Source: Planctomycetota bacterium
Lineage (GTDB): Bacteria; Planctomycetota; Brocadiia; JAADGH01
DNA length: 64,000 nucleotides
Assembly (NCBI GenBank): GCA_040755855.1
Contig: JBFMAD010000005.1
Span: forward strand, 1-64,000
Reading direction: 5' to 3'
Made by a program: the position numbers and the translations under genes
Notes under the pieces: generated by a model
Database searches by the model: none
What the model was told of the DNA's origin: nothing
What the model saw: only the letters and a program-made list of their open reading frames with translations
Shown: piece by piece, positions 1 through 8,977 of the stretch
Position numbering within the stretch: the first letter of the stretch is position 1
Layout: every line of letters begins with the position of its first letter

Positions 1-76
1 AATAGGGCGGGTAGCTGTCCTCTGCAACGCGAAGTGCCTCTTGCGCCAACGCCAGAGCACTCTTCGTGGTCTTCAT
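1..76 (-). mobile_element. 5' fragment of a probable IS5-like DDE transposase (runs off the window edge)
   Basis: Minus-strand ATG at 76 reads MKTTKSALALAQEALRVAEDSYPPY, resembling the TKS..A.A..AL..A....P.YS N-terminus I recall from IS5-like transposases. Only 25 codons are visible. Confidence 0.4.
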
Positions 77-85
77 GGAGACGGT

Positions 86-114
86 AGTTTAACATCTTTT
101 ACCCAAAAGTGCAA
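86..114 (-). promoter_or_regulatory. sigma70-like promoter for the edge ORF
   Basis: TTGCAC-17-TAAACT with an extended -10 TG on the minus strand, about 10 nt upstream of ATG 76. Confidence 0.4.
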
Positions 115-174
115 AGTCTTTTATACAAAGCAAGAATGTCCCCTTTTCTGTCTTCCTTTTTCGGCAGAGGTCTA

Positions 175-930
175 CTATTCGGCCTTAACCTTGACCTTGC
201 CAAAGACGACATCGGCATTGCCGACATGGAGCTGTAATTTCCAGAGGTCTTCAGATCGGATTGATTTCGAGAAGACCTGCTTTCCAACCGTTATTTGAAC
301 GTCGTGCTTTGAGATTATTGCACGAATCCGCAATGGCTGATTGAGAGGAATGGTGTAGGGGATGTTCTGTCGGGGTGCATCTGGGCGTTCGGGCTGAGCC
401 CAAATCATCACATGCCCGACCGTGATCAACGCCAGATTTCTTGGCTTGTTCGGATCTGGCGTATTGTCTTGCATATCTCCAGTGTTCCACATCAGACCGA
501 CACTGGCGGTTGATGACCCCAGCCATTTTCGAACGGTGACGTAGAATTCGATCTCGATGAGTTCCGCGACGTCGCCTTCCCATTGAAGGCGACCCTCCTT
601 ACAGCAAATACCATCCTTCTCCTTTGTCCATTTTCCCGTAACAACTTTCCACCCCTTGAGGGGGGACTCTCCTGAGTCAGCATCGGCCGTCGCCTTTTTG
701 TTTTCTTCGCTCACAGCCTTGGCCGGTACGTCTTCCTTTTCGACCTCGATTCCTTCCATTGCGCGAACACGAACGAAATCGGGCACGTCAAGGTGCGACT
801 CTGTTGCCGCCTTCTCGATCGCCTTCAACTCAGACGCCGTTACCGGCACGATGATCCTCTTCTCCCGCTTCTCGTCCGCCGCATTGCACAATACGGCTAA
901 TCCCATCGCAATCGCCCACGCCCATCTCAT
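175..930 (-). CDS. Exported protein: signal peptide, RHH-like segment and DUF1080/ConA-like beta-sandwich
   Basis: True start MRWAWAIAMGLAVLCNA at 930 with RBS GGAGGAG. C-terminal LKGWKVVTGKW...FGKVKVK resembles DUF1080/ConA folds. Confidence 0.65.
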   Translation of the reverse strand: MRWAWAIAMGLAVLCNAADEKREKRIIVPVTASELKAIEKAATESHLDVPDFVRVRAMEGIEVEKEDVPAKAVSEENKKATADADSGESPLKGWKVVTGKWTKEKDGICCKEGRLQWEGDVAELIEIEFYVTVRKWLGSSTASVGLMWNTGDMQDNTPDPNKPRNLALITVGHVMIWAQPERPDAPRQNIPYTIPLNQPLRIRAIISKHDVQITVGKQVFSKSIRSEDLWKLQLHVGNADVVFGKVKVKAE

Positions 931-995
931 GGTCTTCTCCTCCCATTCAAATGCAGTTGCCAGATCCCATGCCACACGTCTCATCGACGCATGTA

Positions 996-1994
996 CTACA
1001 ACAACTTCTCCGCGATCTGCACCGCATTGAGCGCTGCGCCCTTGAGCAGTTGGTCGCCGCTGATCCAGATGTCGAGGCCGTGCTCGATGGACGTGTCCCG
1101 CCGGATGCGGCCGACGAGGACGTCGTCCTGGTTGGTGGCGTCGAGGGGCATGGGATAGACGCACTTCTGCGGATCGTCCACCACCTTCACGCCCGGGGCC
1201 TTGGAAAGTATCTTCCTCGCTTTTTCGGGGGAGAGGGGCCTCTCGAGTTCGAGGTTGATCGCCTCGGAGTGGGCGCGGAAGACCGGGACGCGGATCGTCG
1301 TGCACGAGACGCGGAGCTTCGGGTGCTCCATGATCTTCCGCCCCTCGTTGAGCATCTTCATCTCTTCGCTGCTGTAGCCGTTCTCGCCGAAGTCGCCGAT
1401 ATGGGGCAGCAGGTTGAAGGCGATCTGGTGGGGGTAGACCTCTTTTACGATCGGCTCGCCGGCGAAGTAGGCCCTGCACTGCTTGTCCAGCTCGATGATC
1501 GCCTGCGCGCCGGTGCCGGAGACGGCCTGGTAGGTGGCGACGACCATGCGCTTGACGCCCGCGGCCTTGTGCAATGGGTACACCGCAACCACGGCGATGA
1601 TCGTGGAGCAGTTCGGATTCGCGATGATCCCCTTGTGCTCCTTGATGCGGTGAGGGTTGACCTCGGGCACGACGAGGGGCGTATCGTCGCGCAGGCGGAA
1701 GGCGCTGCTGTTGTCCACCACAATGGTCCCGGCGGCGACGGCGGCGGGGGCGAACTCGATGCTCCGGTCCTTGCCCGCGCTGAAGAGGGCGATGTCAATG
1801 CCCTTGAAGGATTTTTTTGTGAGTTCCTCGACCGGAAACTCCTCGCCGCGGAAGGGGAGCTTCTTCCCGACGGATCGCTTCGAGGCCAGCATCTTGATGT
1901 TCTTGACGGGGAAGTTCCGCGCCTCAAGGACCTTCAGCATTTCCGTGCCAACGGCGCCGGTGGCGCCGGCCACAGCTACGTTCTTCTCAGACAT
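996..1994 (-). CDS. asd: Aspartate-semialdehyde dehydrogenase
   Basis: GATGAVG, VVDNSSAFR, IANPNCST, TYQAVSG, RVPVFRAHSE and LKGAALNAVQIAE motifs. Confidence 0.97.
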   Translation of the reverse strand: MSEKNVAVAGATGAVGTEMLKVLEARNFPVKNIKMLASKRSVGKKLPFRGEEFPVEELTKKSFKGIDIALFSAGKDRSIEFAPAAVAAGTIVVDNSSAFRLRDDTPLVVPEVNPHRIKEHKGIIANPNCSTIIAVVAVYPLHKAAGVKRMVVATYQAVSGTGAQAIIELDKQCRAYFAGEPIVKEVYPHQIAFNLLPHIGDFGENGYSSEEMKMLNEGRKIMEHPKLRVSCTTIRVPVFRAHSEAINLELERPLSPEKARKILSKAPGVKVVDDPQKCVYPMPLDATNQDDVLVGRIRRDTSIEHGLDIWISGDQLLKGAALNAVQIAEKLL

Positions 1995-2027
1995 TCCAGT
2001 CAAACTCCTAAGATCAATAAACCCGCA

Positions 2028-2990
2028 TTACTTTACTCGCACCAACCGATCTGGATCAATCCCCAATCGCGCTCGGACAGGTTCGATATCCTTTAAGAAC
2101 CGCCGTGCGTCCGCGGCGTATCCGGCCGTCGGGCGCAGCGACGGAATCTCATTCCTCCAGTATCGGTTCAGCAGTTCCATGTGCAACTCCCGCACGTACT
2201 TACTATACATGGACGCCAGGGCCGTGGGGAAGTGGAGATCGTCGCCTTTCAGGACGAAATGCACTTCCATTCGCCTGTCGTCCTGCCGGATGAGATAGGC
2301 CGATCGGTTGAATCCCTCTTCAAGGACCTGGATTGACCTGCCCATAAACTCCGGCGCAAGGCAGGGCAGATAATCGTTTCTGCCGCCCTGTTTGTCCACA
2401 AAAACCGTTACGCCCTTGGCCGCATGTCCGTCCCACAACGATTGCATGAGCCATGCGACCTGCTCGAAGAGGAGGACGGCCTTGTTGCGTGTCCGTCGCA
2501 CGCCGGCGTTGAACTCCCCTGCGCACAGGACGCGACTCTCCGCGCCGCAGAATCGAATGCCTGTCTTCCGAAGGCAGTCGGCAAGCGGCGCGGCCTTTTG
2601 CTGCACATCGCCCCGAGCGGCGTCCACCGGCAGGGCAACGTCATGGCCCGCATACCACGGATACCCCTGCCGGGCAGCCGCATGATCCGGGCAGATAACC
2701 GCCAGCAGTTCGTTCATCGTCCCCGCGTTCCATCCACCTGCCGACAGGCAGCCCAGCACGGTTTCGTCGAGTCGCTTCGGACCCCGCGCCGTTGAGTACG
2801 CCTTCTTGCTGTCGGCGACGAGGAGGCGGCTGTCGGACCGCCCCGCTTTGCGCGTGGTCGCTTCGGCGAGGCGTTGCCACAGGTCGGCCGCCGGTTTGAG
2901 GTCGTCGCCTTCAAAGGCGACGACCGTCACTACAAGCGGCCCAAGCCTGGGTCCGTATCCGGCTTCATCTATTCCGGCGATGACGGGCAT
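2028..2990 (-). CDS. Ribonuclease HII-like protein (long variant)
   Basis: GIDEAGYGPRLGPLV, DSKK, DKQGGR, ALASMYSKYVRE and GY motifs. ATG 2990 with RBS GAGGTGG. Confidence 0.85.
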   Translation of the reverse strand: MPVIAGIDEAGYGPRLGPLVVTVVAFEGDDLKPAADLWQRLAEATTRKAGRSDSRLLVADSKKAYSTARGPKRLDETVLGCLSAGGWNAGTMNELLAVICPDHAAARQGYPWYAGHDVALPVDAARGDVQQKAAPLADCLRKTGIRFCGAESRVLCAGEFNAGVRRTRNKAVLLFEQVAWLMQSLWDGHAAKGVTVFVDKQGGRNDYLPCLAPEFMGRSIQVLEEGFNRSAYLIRQDDRRMEVHFVLKGDDLHFPTALASMYSKYVRELHMELLNRYWRNEIPSLRPTAGYAADARRFLKDIEPVRARLGIDPDRLVRVK

Positions 2991-3021
2991 ACCACCTCTT
3001 GCGAACTCCTGCAAGTAAGTC

Positions 3022-3050
3022 ATTGTAGTGCAGACAGTCATGTTTGTCAA
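3022..3050 (-). promoter_or_regulatory. sigma70 promoter for the RNase HII-like/asd unit
   Basis: TTGACA-17-TACAAT on the minus strand. Confidence 0.75.
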
Positions 3051-3062
3051 CGAATCTTTCGC

Positions 3063-3091
3063 TTGACACTTAGCCTACCCACACTTACAAT
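3063..3091 (+). promoter_or_regulatory. sigma70 promoter for the his cluster
   Basis: TTGACA-17-TACAAT on the plus strand. Confidence 0.75.
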
Positions 3092-3146
3092 GAGATATCG
3101 AGTGTTTCATCGCGGACCGATGTGACTCCAGCAACGAGGTGCAGAG

Positions 3147-3575
3147 ATGGCGATTGAAGGCAAAATTGCGAAGATCATTGACGAGCAGCACGTCATCATC
3201 AGCGTCGGCAGGTCTCACGGCGTGAGAGACGGGATGAAGTTCATGGTGTTTGCTTTGGGCGATGTGGTGGCGGACCCGGAGAGCGGTGCGCCGCTGGAGC
3301 GGTGGGAGCTGCCGAAGGGGAGGATCGTCGCCATGCACACCCAGGAGAAGATCGCGATCTGCATGGCCGAGCCGCAGGAGAAGAAGGAAGAGACAAAGGT
3401 GGACCCGACGACGCAGGTGCTCAGCGCCGATATGATCTACATGTCGAAACGGCGCGAGCAGCGGGGCGAGACCGGTCCGCCCAAGCTGAATGTCAATAGT
3501 TCCCAGATCGAGGGGATGCCCGATATCGGGCCTATCTCCGTCGGAGATATGGTGCGGTCCGTGGAGGAATCGTGA
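3147..3575 (+). CDS. Conserved hypothetical beta-barrel protein (FlgT C-terminal-like)
   Basis: GKIAKIID..VIISVG..HGV..GMKF.V...G..V.DPESG pattern. RBS GAGG; overlaps the hisD start. Confidence 0.7.
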   Translation: MAIEGKIAKIIDEQHVIISVGRSHGVRDGMKFMVFALGDVVADPESGAPLERWELPKGRIVAMHTQEKIAICMAEPQEKKEETKVDPTTQVLSADMIYMSKRREQRGETGPPKLNVNSSQIEGMPDIGPISVGDMVRSVEES

Positions 3576-4924
3576 TGCGTATCCTCCGGTCGGGAACAAC
3601 AGAATTCAACGAGGCGCTGGAAAAGATCATCCGCCGGTCCGTGATGGCGGATGTTCCGGTCACCCAGGAGGGCATGGAGCGCACCCGGCAGGTCTTCGGC
3701 GAGCCGCTCACCCCCGCGCAGGTGGCGGATAGAATCATTTCCGATGTTCGCGATCGGGGAGACGAGGCGCTTCTGGAATACGGCAAGAAACTCGACGGCG
3801 TCTCGTTTGGCGCGCCGTCGGATCTTAGGGTCTCCGCGGCGGAGATCGAGGACGCCTATTCGATGGTGAAGGAGAGCTTCGTCTCCGCCGTCCGCAAGGC
3901 CAAGAAGAACATTGCGAATTTCCAGTATCATATTAAACCGAGCAAGCAGGCCCCGCTGCGCTCCGGCGGCGTCACGATCGGATTGGAGTATCATGCGCTC
4001 GAGCGCGTGGGCATCTACATTCCCGGCGGGCAGACGCCGTACGCCTCGACGGTGCTGATGAATGTCATCCCTGCGCAGGTTGCGGGGGTGCTGGAGGCGG
4101 TGGTGTGCACGCCACCGAACAGGGAGGGGCGGATCGCGCCGCAGATTCTTGTCGCCCTCGGCGAGTTGAAGGTGACGGAGATTTACAAACTCGGCGGGGC
4201 GCAGGCCGTCGCCGCCATGGCCCTGGGGACGAAGACGATTCGGAGCGTGGACAAGATCGTAGGGCCGGGCAACGTATTCGTGTCCATGGCGAAACGGCAG
4301 GTCTACGGCCATGTGGACATTGACATGTTCGCCGGCCCAAGCGAGATTCTCATCCTTGCGGACAAGAGCGCGCGGGTGGAGTTCGTGGCCGCCGATCTGC
4401 TCTCCCAGGCCGAGCACGCGGCTGGTACGGCGATGCTGGTGACCGACTCGGAGGGGCTTGCGGGGCAGGTGATCCGAGAGATCGAGCAACAGGTTGAGGC
4501 CATTTCCCACCGCGACATGGCCCGGGAATGTCTCGAGAAGTATGGGATCATCATTGTGGCGAAGAGCATCAAGGAAGGCATCTCCATTGCCAATCGCATC
4601 GCCCCGGAGCACTTGGCGATCATGACGACGAACCCGTCCGAAGTCGTGCCGTGGATTCGGAACGCGGGGGCGGTGTTCATCGGGCCGTACTCGCCGGTGG
4701 CGGTGGGGGACTATGTGGCGGGGCCGTCGCACACCCTGCCGACGGGGGGCACGGCGCGATTCAGCTCCGGCCTGTCCGTTCTGGATTTCATGAAGCGATC
4801 GAGCCAGGTCTCCTACACGAAGGAGGCGCTTCAGGCCCACGCCGAGGCGCTGCTCGAGCTGGCCCGCGCCGAGGGCTACGACGCCCATGCGAGGTCGGTG
4901 GAGGCGAGGCTGAGCAATAGATAG
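3572..4924 (+). CDS. hisD: Histidinol dehydrogenase
   Basis: VGIYIPGG, GGAQAVAA, DKIVGPGN, DMFAGPSE, SQAEH, APEHL and GDYVAGPSHTLPT motifs. Confidence 0.98.
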   Translation: MMRILRSGTTEFNEALEKIIRRSVMADVPVTQEGMERTRQVFGEPLTPAQVADRIISDVRDRGDEALLEYGKKLDGVSFGAPSDLRVSAAEIEDAYSMVKESFVSAVRKAKKNIANFQYHIKPSKQAPLRSGGVTIGLEYHALERVGIYIPGGQTPYASTVLMNVIPAQVAGVLEAVVCTPPNREGRIAPQILVALGELKVTEIYKLGGAQAVAAMALGTKTIRSVDKIVGPGNVFVSMAKRQVYGHVDIDMFAGPSEILILADKSARVEFVAADLLSQAEHAAGTAMLVTDSEGLAGQVIREIEQQVEAISHRDMARECLEKYGIIIVAKSIKEGISIANRIAPEHLAIMTTNPSEVVPWIRNAGAVFIGPYSPVAVGDYVAGPSHTLPTGGTARFSSGLSVLDFMKRSSQVSYTKEALQAHAEALLELARAEGYDAHARSVEARLSNR

Positions 4925-4951
4925 AACGATCCCTTCAGATAGTGAAAGCCA

Positions 4952-5263
4952 GTGATTCTTGTAGAATCAGTGAATGGTGTGCCGATAAGACTGACGGCGG
5001 AGAGGTGGGATCATATCGCCGAACGGCATCCCGAAATGGAGGGGGAGAGGAGAAAGGTGCTTGACGCTCTGAACAAGCCCGATTTCGTCCACGAGGGCGA
5101 TTTCGGAGAGCTTCTGGCAGTAAAGTTCTATGAAGTCACGCCTCTGACATCAAAGCATTTGGTTGTCGCTTACAAAGAGAACTCGCAAAAGGACGGTTTT
5201 ATTATCACGGCCTATTTTACGAGCAAACCGCTCGTGGGAAGAAGGGTGGTATGGACGCGATAA
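4952..5263 (+). CDS. Putative RelE/PBECR2-like ribonuclease toxin
   Basis: IRLTAERWDHIAERHPEM...PD...GFIITAYF pattern. Overlaps a DUF2283 gene. Confidence 0.75.
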   Translation: MILVESVNGVPIRLTAERWDHIAERHPEMEGERRKVLDALNKPDFVHEGDFGELLAVKFYEVTPLTSKHLVVAYKENSQKDGFIITAYFTSKPLVGRRVVWTR

Positions 5264-5475
5264 AGATTCTGGAGAAGAAGGACAACCTGAACTGGGACTA
5301 CGATGAAGAAGCGGACGTCTTGTATATCGCCATCGGCAGACCAAAGAAAGGCGTGGGTCTTGACGTGGGCGAAGGGGTCATTGTTCGATACAAAGAAGAT
5401 ACGCGGGAAGTGATCGGCCTCACGATACTTGGAATAAGAGAGAGGTTGCTCTCGGCAATCAAAGCAAATTCGTAA
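5251..5475 (+). CDS. DUF2283 family protein (putative antitoxin)
   Basis: YDEEADVLYI...GVIVRY...EVIGLTILG signature. Confidence 0.85.
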   Translation: MDAIKILEKKDNLNWDYDEEADVLYIAIGRPKKGVGLDVGEGVIVRYKEDTREVIGLTILGIRERLLSAIKANS

Positions 5476-5557
5476 GGTGGGAACGCGCCTTTCGCTGTGG
5501 TCCATGAAGGCGCACCTCGGAACGAGATTGTTCTCGCAGCAATTCGATCGAATAATC

Positions 5558-6622
5558 ATGACCTATTTTCGCAAAAACATAAATGCTATGGAGGGCTATA
5601 CCCCCGGCATGCAGCCGAAGGGCGGGGGATGGATCAAGCTGAACACGAACGAGAATCCATTCCCGCCGTCGCCGAAGGTGCTGGCTGCCATCAAGGCCGC
5701 GGTAAACGACGATCTGCGGAAGTACCCCGACCCCATGGCGACCGCCGTGCGGGAAAAGGTAGCCGATGCCTTCGGTGTTGAACCGGATATGGTCCTCTGC
5801 GGCAACGGGTCGGACGAGCTGCTCACGATGATCGTCCGCGCCTTCGCCGGCGAGCGCGACCTCATCGTCGCGCCGTACCCCACGTATTCGCTCTACACGA
5901 CGCTGGCCGAAATACAGGGCGCGCGGTTCGAGAGCATAGACTTTGAGGAGGATTATTCGCTGCCGGGAAATTTCGCCCGCCCGAAGGCCAAGATCACGTT
6001 CGTGCCGAACCCAAATTCCCCATCGGGGACGGTGGTGGGGAAGGACGTGCTGCGCGATCTCTCAAAAAAGCTGAAGGGCATCCTCGTCATTGACGAGGCG
6101 TATGTGGACTTCGCCGAAAGCGATTGCCTCGATCTCGTTCAAGAGCGCGACAACGTGATCGTCCTCCGGTCGTTTTCCAAGTCCTTCTCTCTGGCGGGGA
6201 TGCGAGTCGGTTTGGGATTTGCGAAAAAGGAGATCATTGACGGTCTCGTCAAGGTCAAGGACTCTTACAACGTGAACCGGATCTTCATCGCGGCGGCGAC
6301 GGCGGCGCTCGATGATAGGGCGTATGTCCGGGCCAACGCGGAGACGATCCGCAAGAACCGTGCGTATCTGACGGGGCGGCTGGAGGAGATCGGCGCATAC
6401 GTCTGGCCGTCGGAGTCGAACTTCGTCCTCGCGCGCTTCTCGCCGCCGGTGTCGGCGGAGCGGCTGTTCGAGGAGCTGGAGGCGCGGAAGATCCTCGTCC
6501 GGTACTTCAAGCGCCGCCGGTTAGAGGACTGCCTCCGCATCACCGTGGGAACGCGCGAGGAGATTGACGCGCTGATGAGCGCGATGACAGAATTGGTGGA
6601 GTCGAAGGCGGTAGTGGTGTAA
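5558..6622 (+). CDS. hisC: Histidinol-phosphate aminotransferase
   Basis: KLNTNENPF, YPD, GNGSDE, NPNSPSG, IDEAYVDF, PLP-lysine motif RSFSKSFSLAGMRVG and LRITVG. Confidence 0.96.
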   Translation: MTYFRKNINAMEGYTPGMQPKGGGWIKLNTNENPFPPSPKVLAAIKAAVNDDLRKYPDPMATAVREKVADAFGVEPDMVLCGNGSDELLTMIVRAFAGERDLIVAPYPTYSLYTTLAEIQGARFESIDFEEDYSLPGNFARPKAKITFVPNPNSPSGTVVGKDVLRDLSKKLKGILVIDEAYVDFAESDCLDLVQERDNVIVLRSFSKSFSLAGMRVGLGFAKKEIIDGLVKVKDSYNVNRIFIAAATAALDDRAYVRANAETIRKNRAYLTGRLEEIGAYVWPSESNFVLARFSPPVSAERLFEELEARKILVRYFKRRRLEDCLRITVGTREEIDALMSAMTELVESKAVVV

Positions 6623-6664
6623 GCTGGCGACAGGGGCGATGCCAGCGCGCCGGGGAAGAATCCC

Positions 6665-7138
6665 ATGAAGCAAAAGGTTTACCTGGAAACCAGCGTCATC
6701 AGCTACCTGACCTCGAAGCTCAGCCGCGATCTCATCGTCGCGGGGCACCAGCAGATCACGCAGGAGTGGTGGGAGAAACGTAGCGACGACTTCGACCTGT
6801 TTGTGTCGCAGATTGTTGTGGGCGAGGCTGGAAAGGGAGACAGATTGGCAGCCGAGAGGCGTTTGGAGGTCGTGTCCGGTTTGCCGTTGTTGGATATCAA
6901 TGAGGATGCCGAGTCTCTTTCAGCAGCAATTGTTACTTCGGGGGCTGTTCCGGCGGAGGCCGGTGAAGACGCATTGCACATCGCTCTTGCCATTGTTCAT
7001 GGGATGGATTACCTTCTGACGTGGAACTTCAAACATATAGCAAACGCCGAGTTGGAAAGAGTGCTGACAAAAATATCTCGTTCTTTGGGCTACGACGTCC
7101 CAGTAATTTGCACGCCTGAGGAATTGATGGGAGGGTAA
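6665..7138 (+). CDS. PIN-domain VapC-like toxin
   Basis: VYLETSVISY, DALHIALA, YLLTWNFKHIAN and ICTPEEL motifs. Confidence 0.9.
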   Translation: MKQKVYLETSVISYLTSKLSRDLIVAGHQQITQEWWEKRSDDFDLFVSQIVVGEAGKGDRLAAERRLEVVSGLPLLDINEDAESLSAAIVTSGAVPAEAGEDALHIALAIVHGMDYLLTWNFKHIANAELERVLTKISRSLGYDVPVICTPEELMGG

Positions 7139-7141
7139 ATC

Positions 7142-7348
7142 ATGTGGAAGGATCCGATTGTTGAAGAGGTGCGGCGAATCCGGAAGGCGCACGCCGCCAA
7201 GTTCAACTACGATTTGCATGAGATATGCCGTGATCTGAGGGAGCAGCAGAAGCAAGGCGGCCGGAAGGTCGTCTCGTTTCCTCCCAAACGCATCCAGAAG
7301 GACTGCCGCGTCGCCGAAGAATCGTCTGATTGGAAGAAGAAAAAATGA
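7142..7348 (+). CDS. Small putative antitoxin downstream of the PIN toxin
   Basis: [14 protein letters not shown]...[12 protein letters not shown] pattern, typical of partners of this PIN subtype. RBS GGAGGG. Confidence 0.75.
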   Translation: MWKDPIVEEVRRIRKAHAAKFNYDLHEICRDLREQQKQGGRKVVSFPPKRIQKDCRVAEESSDWKKKK

Positions 7349-7941
7349 GACAAAGCCAACGAAAAGCAACCGTCGAACGCAAAACACAGGAAACACAGAT
7401 CACCGTCGAGATCAACCTGGACGGCAAGGGCAAGGCCGATGCGGCCACAGGCGTCGGCTTCCTCGACCACATGCTCGACCTCCTCGCCCGGCACTCCCTG
7501 TTTGATATTTTCGTAAAAGCGAAAGGCGATACGGAGGTCGACGACCACCACACCGTCGAGGACGTGGGCATCTGCCTCGGCCAGGCACTCAAGGAGGCCC
7601 TCGGCGACAAGAAGGGCGTCCGCCGCTTCGGCTGCATGTCCGCCCCAATGGACGAGGTCCTGGCCAGCGTCGCCGTTGACCTGAGCGGCCGCTTCGCCTT
7701 CGTCTTCAACGTCGCCTTCCCGACGGAGAAGGTGGGCGAGTACGACTCGCAGCTCACCGAGGAGTTTCTCCAGGCATTCGCCAGCAACGCGGGTATGAAC
7801 CTGCACGTGAACGTCCCCTATGGCAAGAACACCCACCACATCAACGAGGCCATCTTTAAGGCCCTGGCGAAGGCGCTGGACATGGCGGTGGCCATTGATC
7901 CCCGCCGGGGCGACGTGCCCTCCACCAAGGGGGTCATCTAA
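7345..7941 (+). CDS. hisB: Imidazoleglycerol-phosphate dehydratase
   Basis: [38 protein letters not shown] and PSTKG motifs. ATGA overlap with the upstream gene. Confidence 0.98.
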   Translation: MRQSQRKATVERKTQETQITVEINLDGKGKADAATGVGFLDHMLDLLARHSLFDIFVKAKGDTEVDDHHTVEDVGICLGQALKEALGDKKGVRRFGCMSAPMDEVLASVAVDLSGRFAFVFNVAFPTEKVGEYDSQLTEEFLQAFASNAGMNLHVNVPYGKNTHHINEAIFKALAKALDMAVAIDPRRGDVPSTKGVI

Positions 7942-7947
7942 ACGGCG

Positions 7948-8523
7948 ATGAGAGTCATCGGCGGCGCGGCGCGGGGGATGAAGCTTCACTCGCCGAAGGG
8001 CACGGAAGTCCGCCCCATGCTCGACCGCGTCAAGGAGGCCCTGTTCAACATCCTCGCCGACAGGTTCGCGGGCGCATCGGTCCTGGACCTCTTTGCCGGC
8101 ACCGGCTCCCTCGGCATCGAGGCCCTCAGCCGCGGGGCGGAGCATGTGGTGTTTGTCGAGCGCGACCGGGTGTGCGTCGAGTCCATCGAGCGGAACCTGG
8201 AGCACACGCGCTTCCAGGATCGGGCGGACATCATCCGGCACGACGCGCTGCGGTCGCTGCCGCGCATTCAGAAGTTGGAAAGGGCCTTTGACATCGTCTT
8301 CATTGACCCGCCCTACGCGATGACGGCCACGCAGGCGGCGATGCAGCCGTTGGAACGCACGTTGAAGGCGATGGACGAGAAGGACCTCTTCGCGCCCGAG
8401 GCCGTCCTGATGATCCACCACGGCCGGCGGGTCTTCGTCCTCTCCCCCGATCTTCCATTTGAAATTTTCGACGAGCGGTGGTATGGTACGAGCGGGCTGG
8501 CGCTTCTTCGACTTGCGCAGTAA
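7948..8523 (+). CDS. rsmD: 16S rRNA (guanine966-N2) methyltransferase
   Basis: MRVIGG.ARG, DRVKEALFNIL, LDLFAGTGSLGIEALSRGA and DPPY motifs. Confidence 0.95.
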   Translation: MRVIGGAARGMKLHSPKGTEVRPMLDRVKEALFNILADRFAGASVLDLFAGTGSLGIEALSRGAEHVVFVERDRVCVESIERNLEHTRFQDRADIIRHDALRSLPRIQKLERAFDIVFIDPPYAMTATQAAMQPLERTLKAMDEKDLFAPEAVLMIHHGRRVFVLSPDLPFEIFDERWYGTSGLALLRLAQ

Positions 8524-8689
8524 GGCAATTCCCATGACAAGCCGAAGGAAACGGAACGAAGGATGACGAAGCGCGAACGATCGGAAGAAGCCGGATCGGT
8601 TGACATTCGTCGTTGAGTTAGTGCAAAGCCTAAGCTCACTTTCAAGTATTGGGGTGGTTTGGTATGATGAGTACGGAGGGGATAGAGCC

Positions 8690-8914
8690 ATGAAATGCAG
8701 CATCCAGACGTGCCCCGGCGACTATGAGGAGAAGCAGATCGTCCACACGATGCGCTTCCGGGGCAAGGTAATCGTGATGGATCATGTGCCCGCAGAGGTC
8801 TGCTCGGTCTGCGGCGACGTGCTCCTGAAGCCGGATACCGTGCGCAGGATTGAGGCGTTGCTGAAGAAGAGGAAAAAGCCAACCGGCAGTGTGCCGTTAT
8901 ACGAGTATGCCTGA
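8690..8914 (+). CDS. YgiT-type zinc-finger protein (MqsA-like N-terminal domain)
   Basis: MKC...C...VIVMDHVPAEVCSVCGD. RBS GGAGGG. Confidence 0.85.
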   Translation: MKCSIQTCPGDYEEKQIVHTMRFRGKVIVMDHVPAEVCSVCGDVLLKPDTVRRIEALLKKRKKPTGSVPLYEYA

Positions 8915-8977
8915 AGGACCGAAAGCGGGACTCTTTTGCTGTAATGGGCGCCATAGACTCCGGAGGAGGGAAGAAAA

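Noticed and set aside
931..1479. N-terminal extension of the 434-aa ORF 175-1479
   Set aside because: It overlaps asd in another frame; a strong RBS and signal peptide place the real start at 930.
5477..6556. 12-bp match GTGGGAACGCGC before hisC and near its 3' end, as a possible target duplication
   Set aside because: The second copy encodes the conserved VGTR of HisC, and the copies do not bracket a TA cassette; likely chance or a decayed REP.
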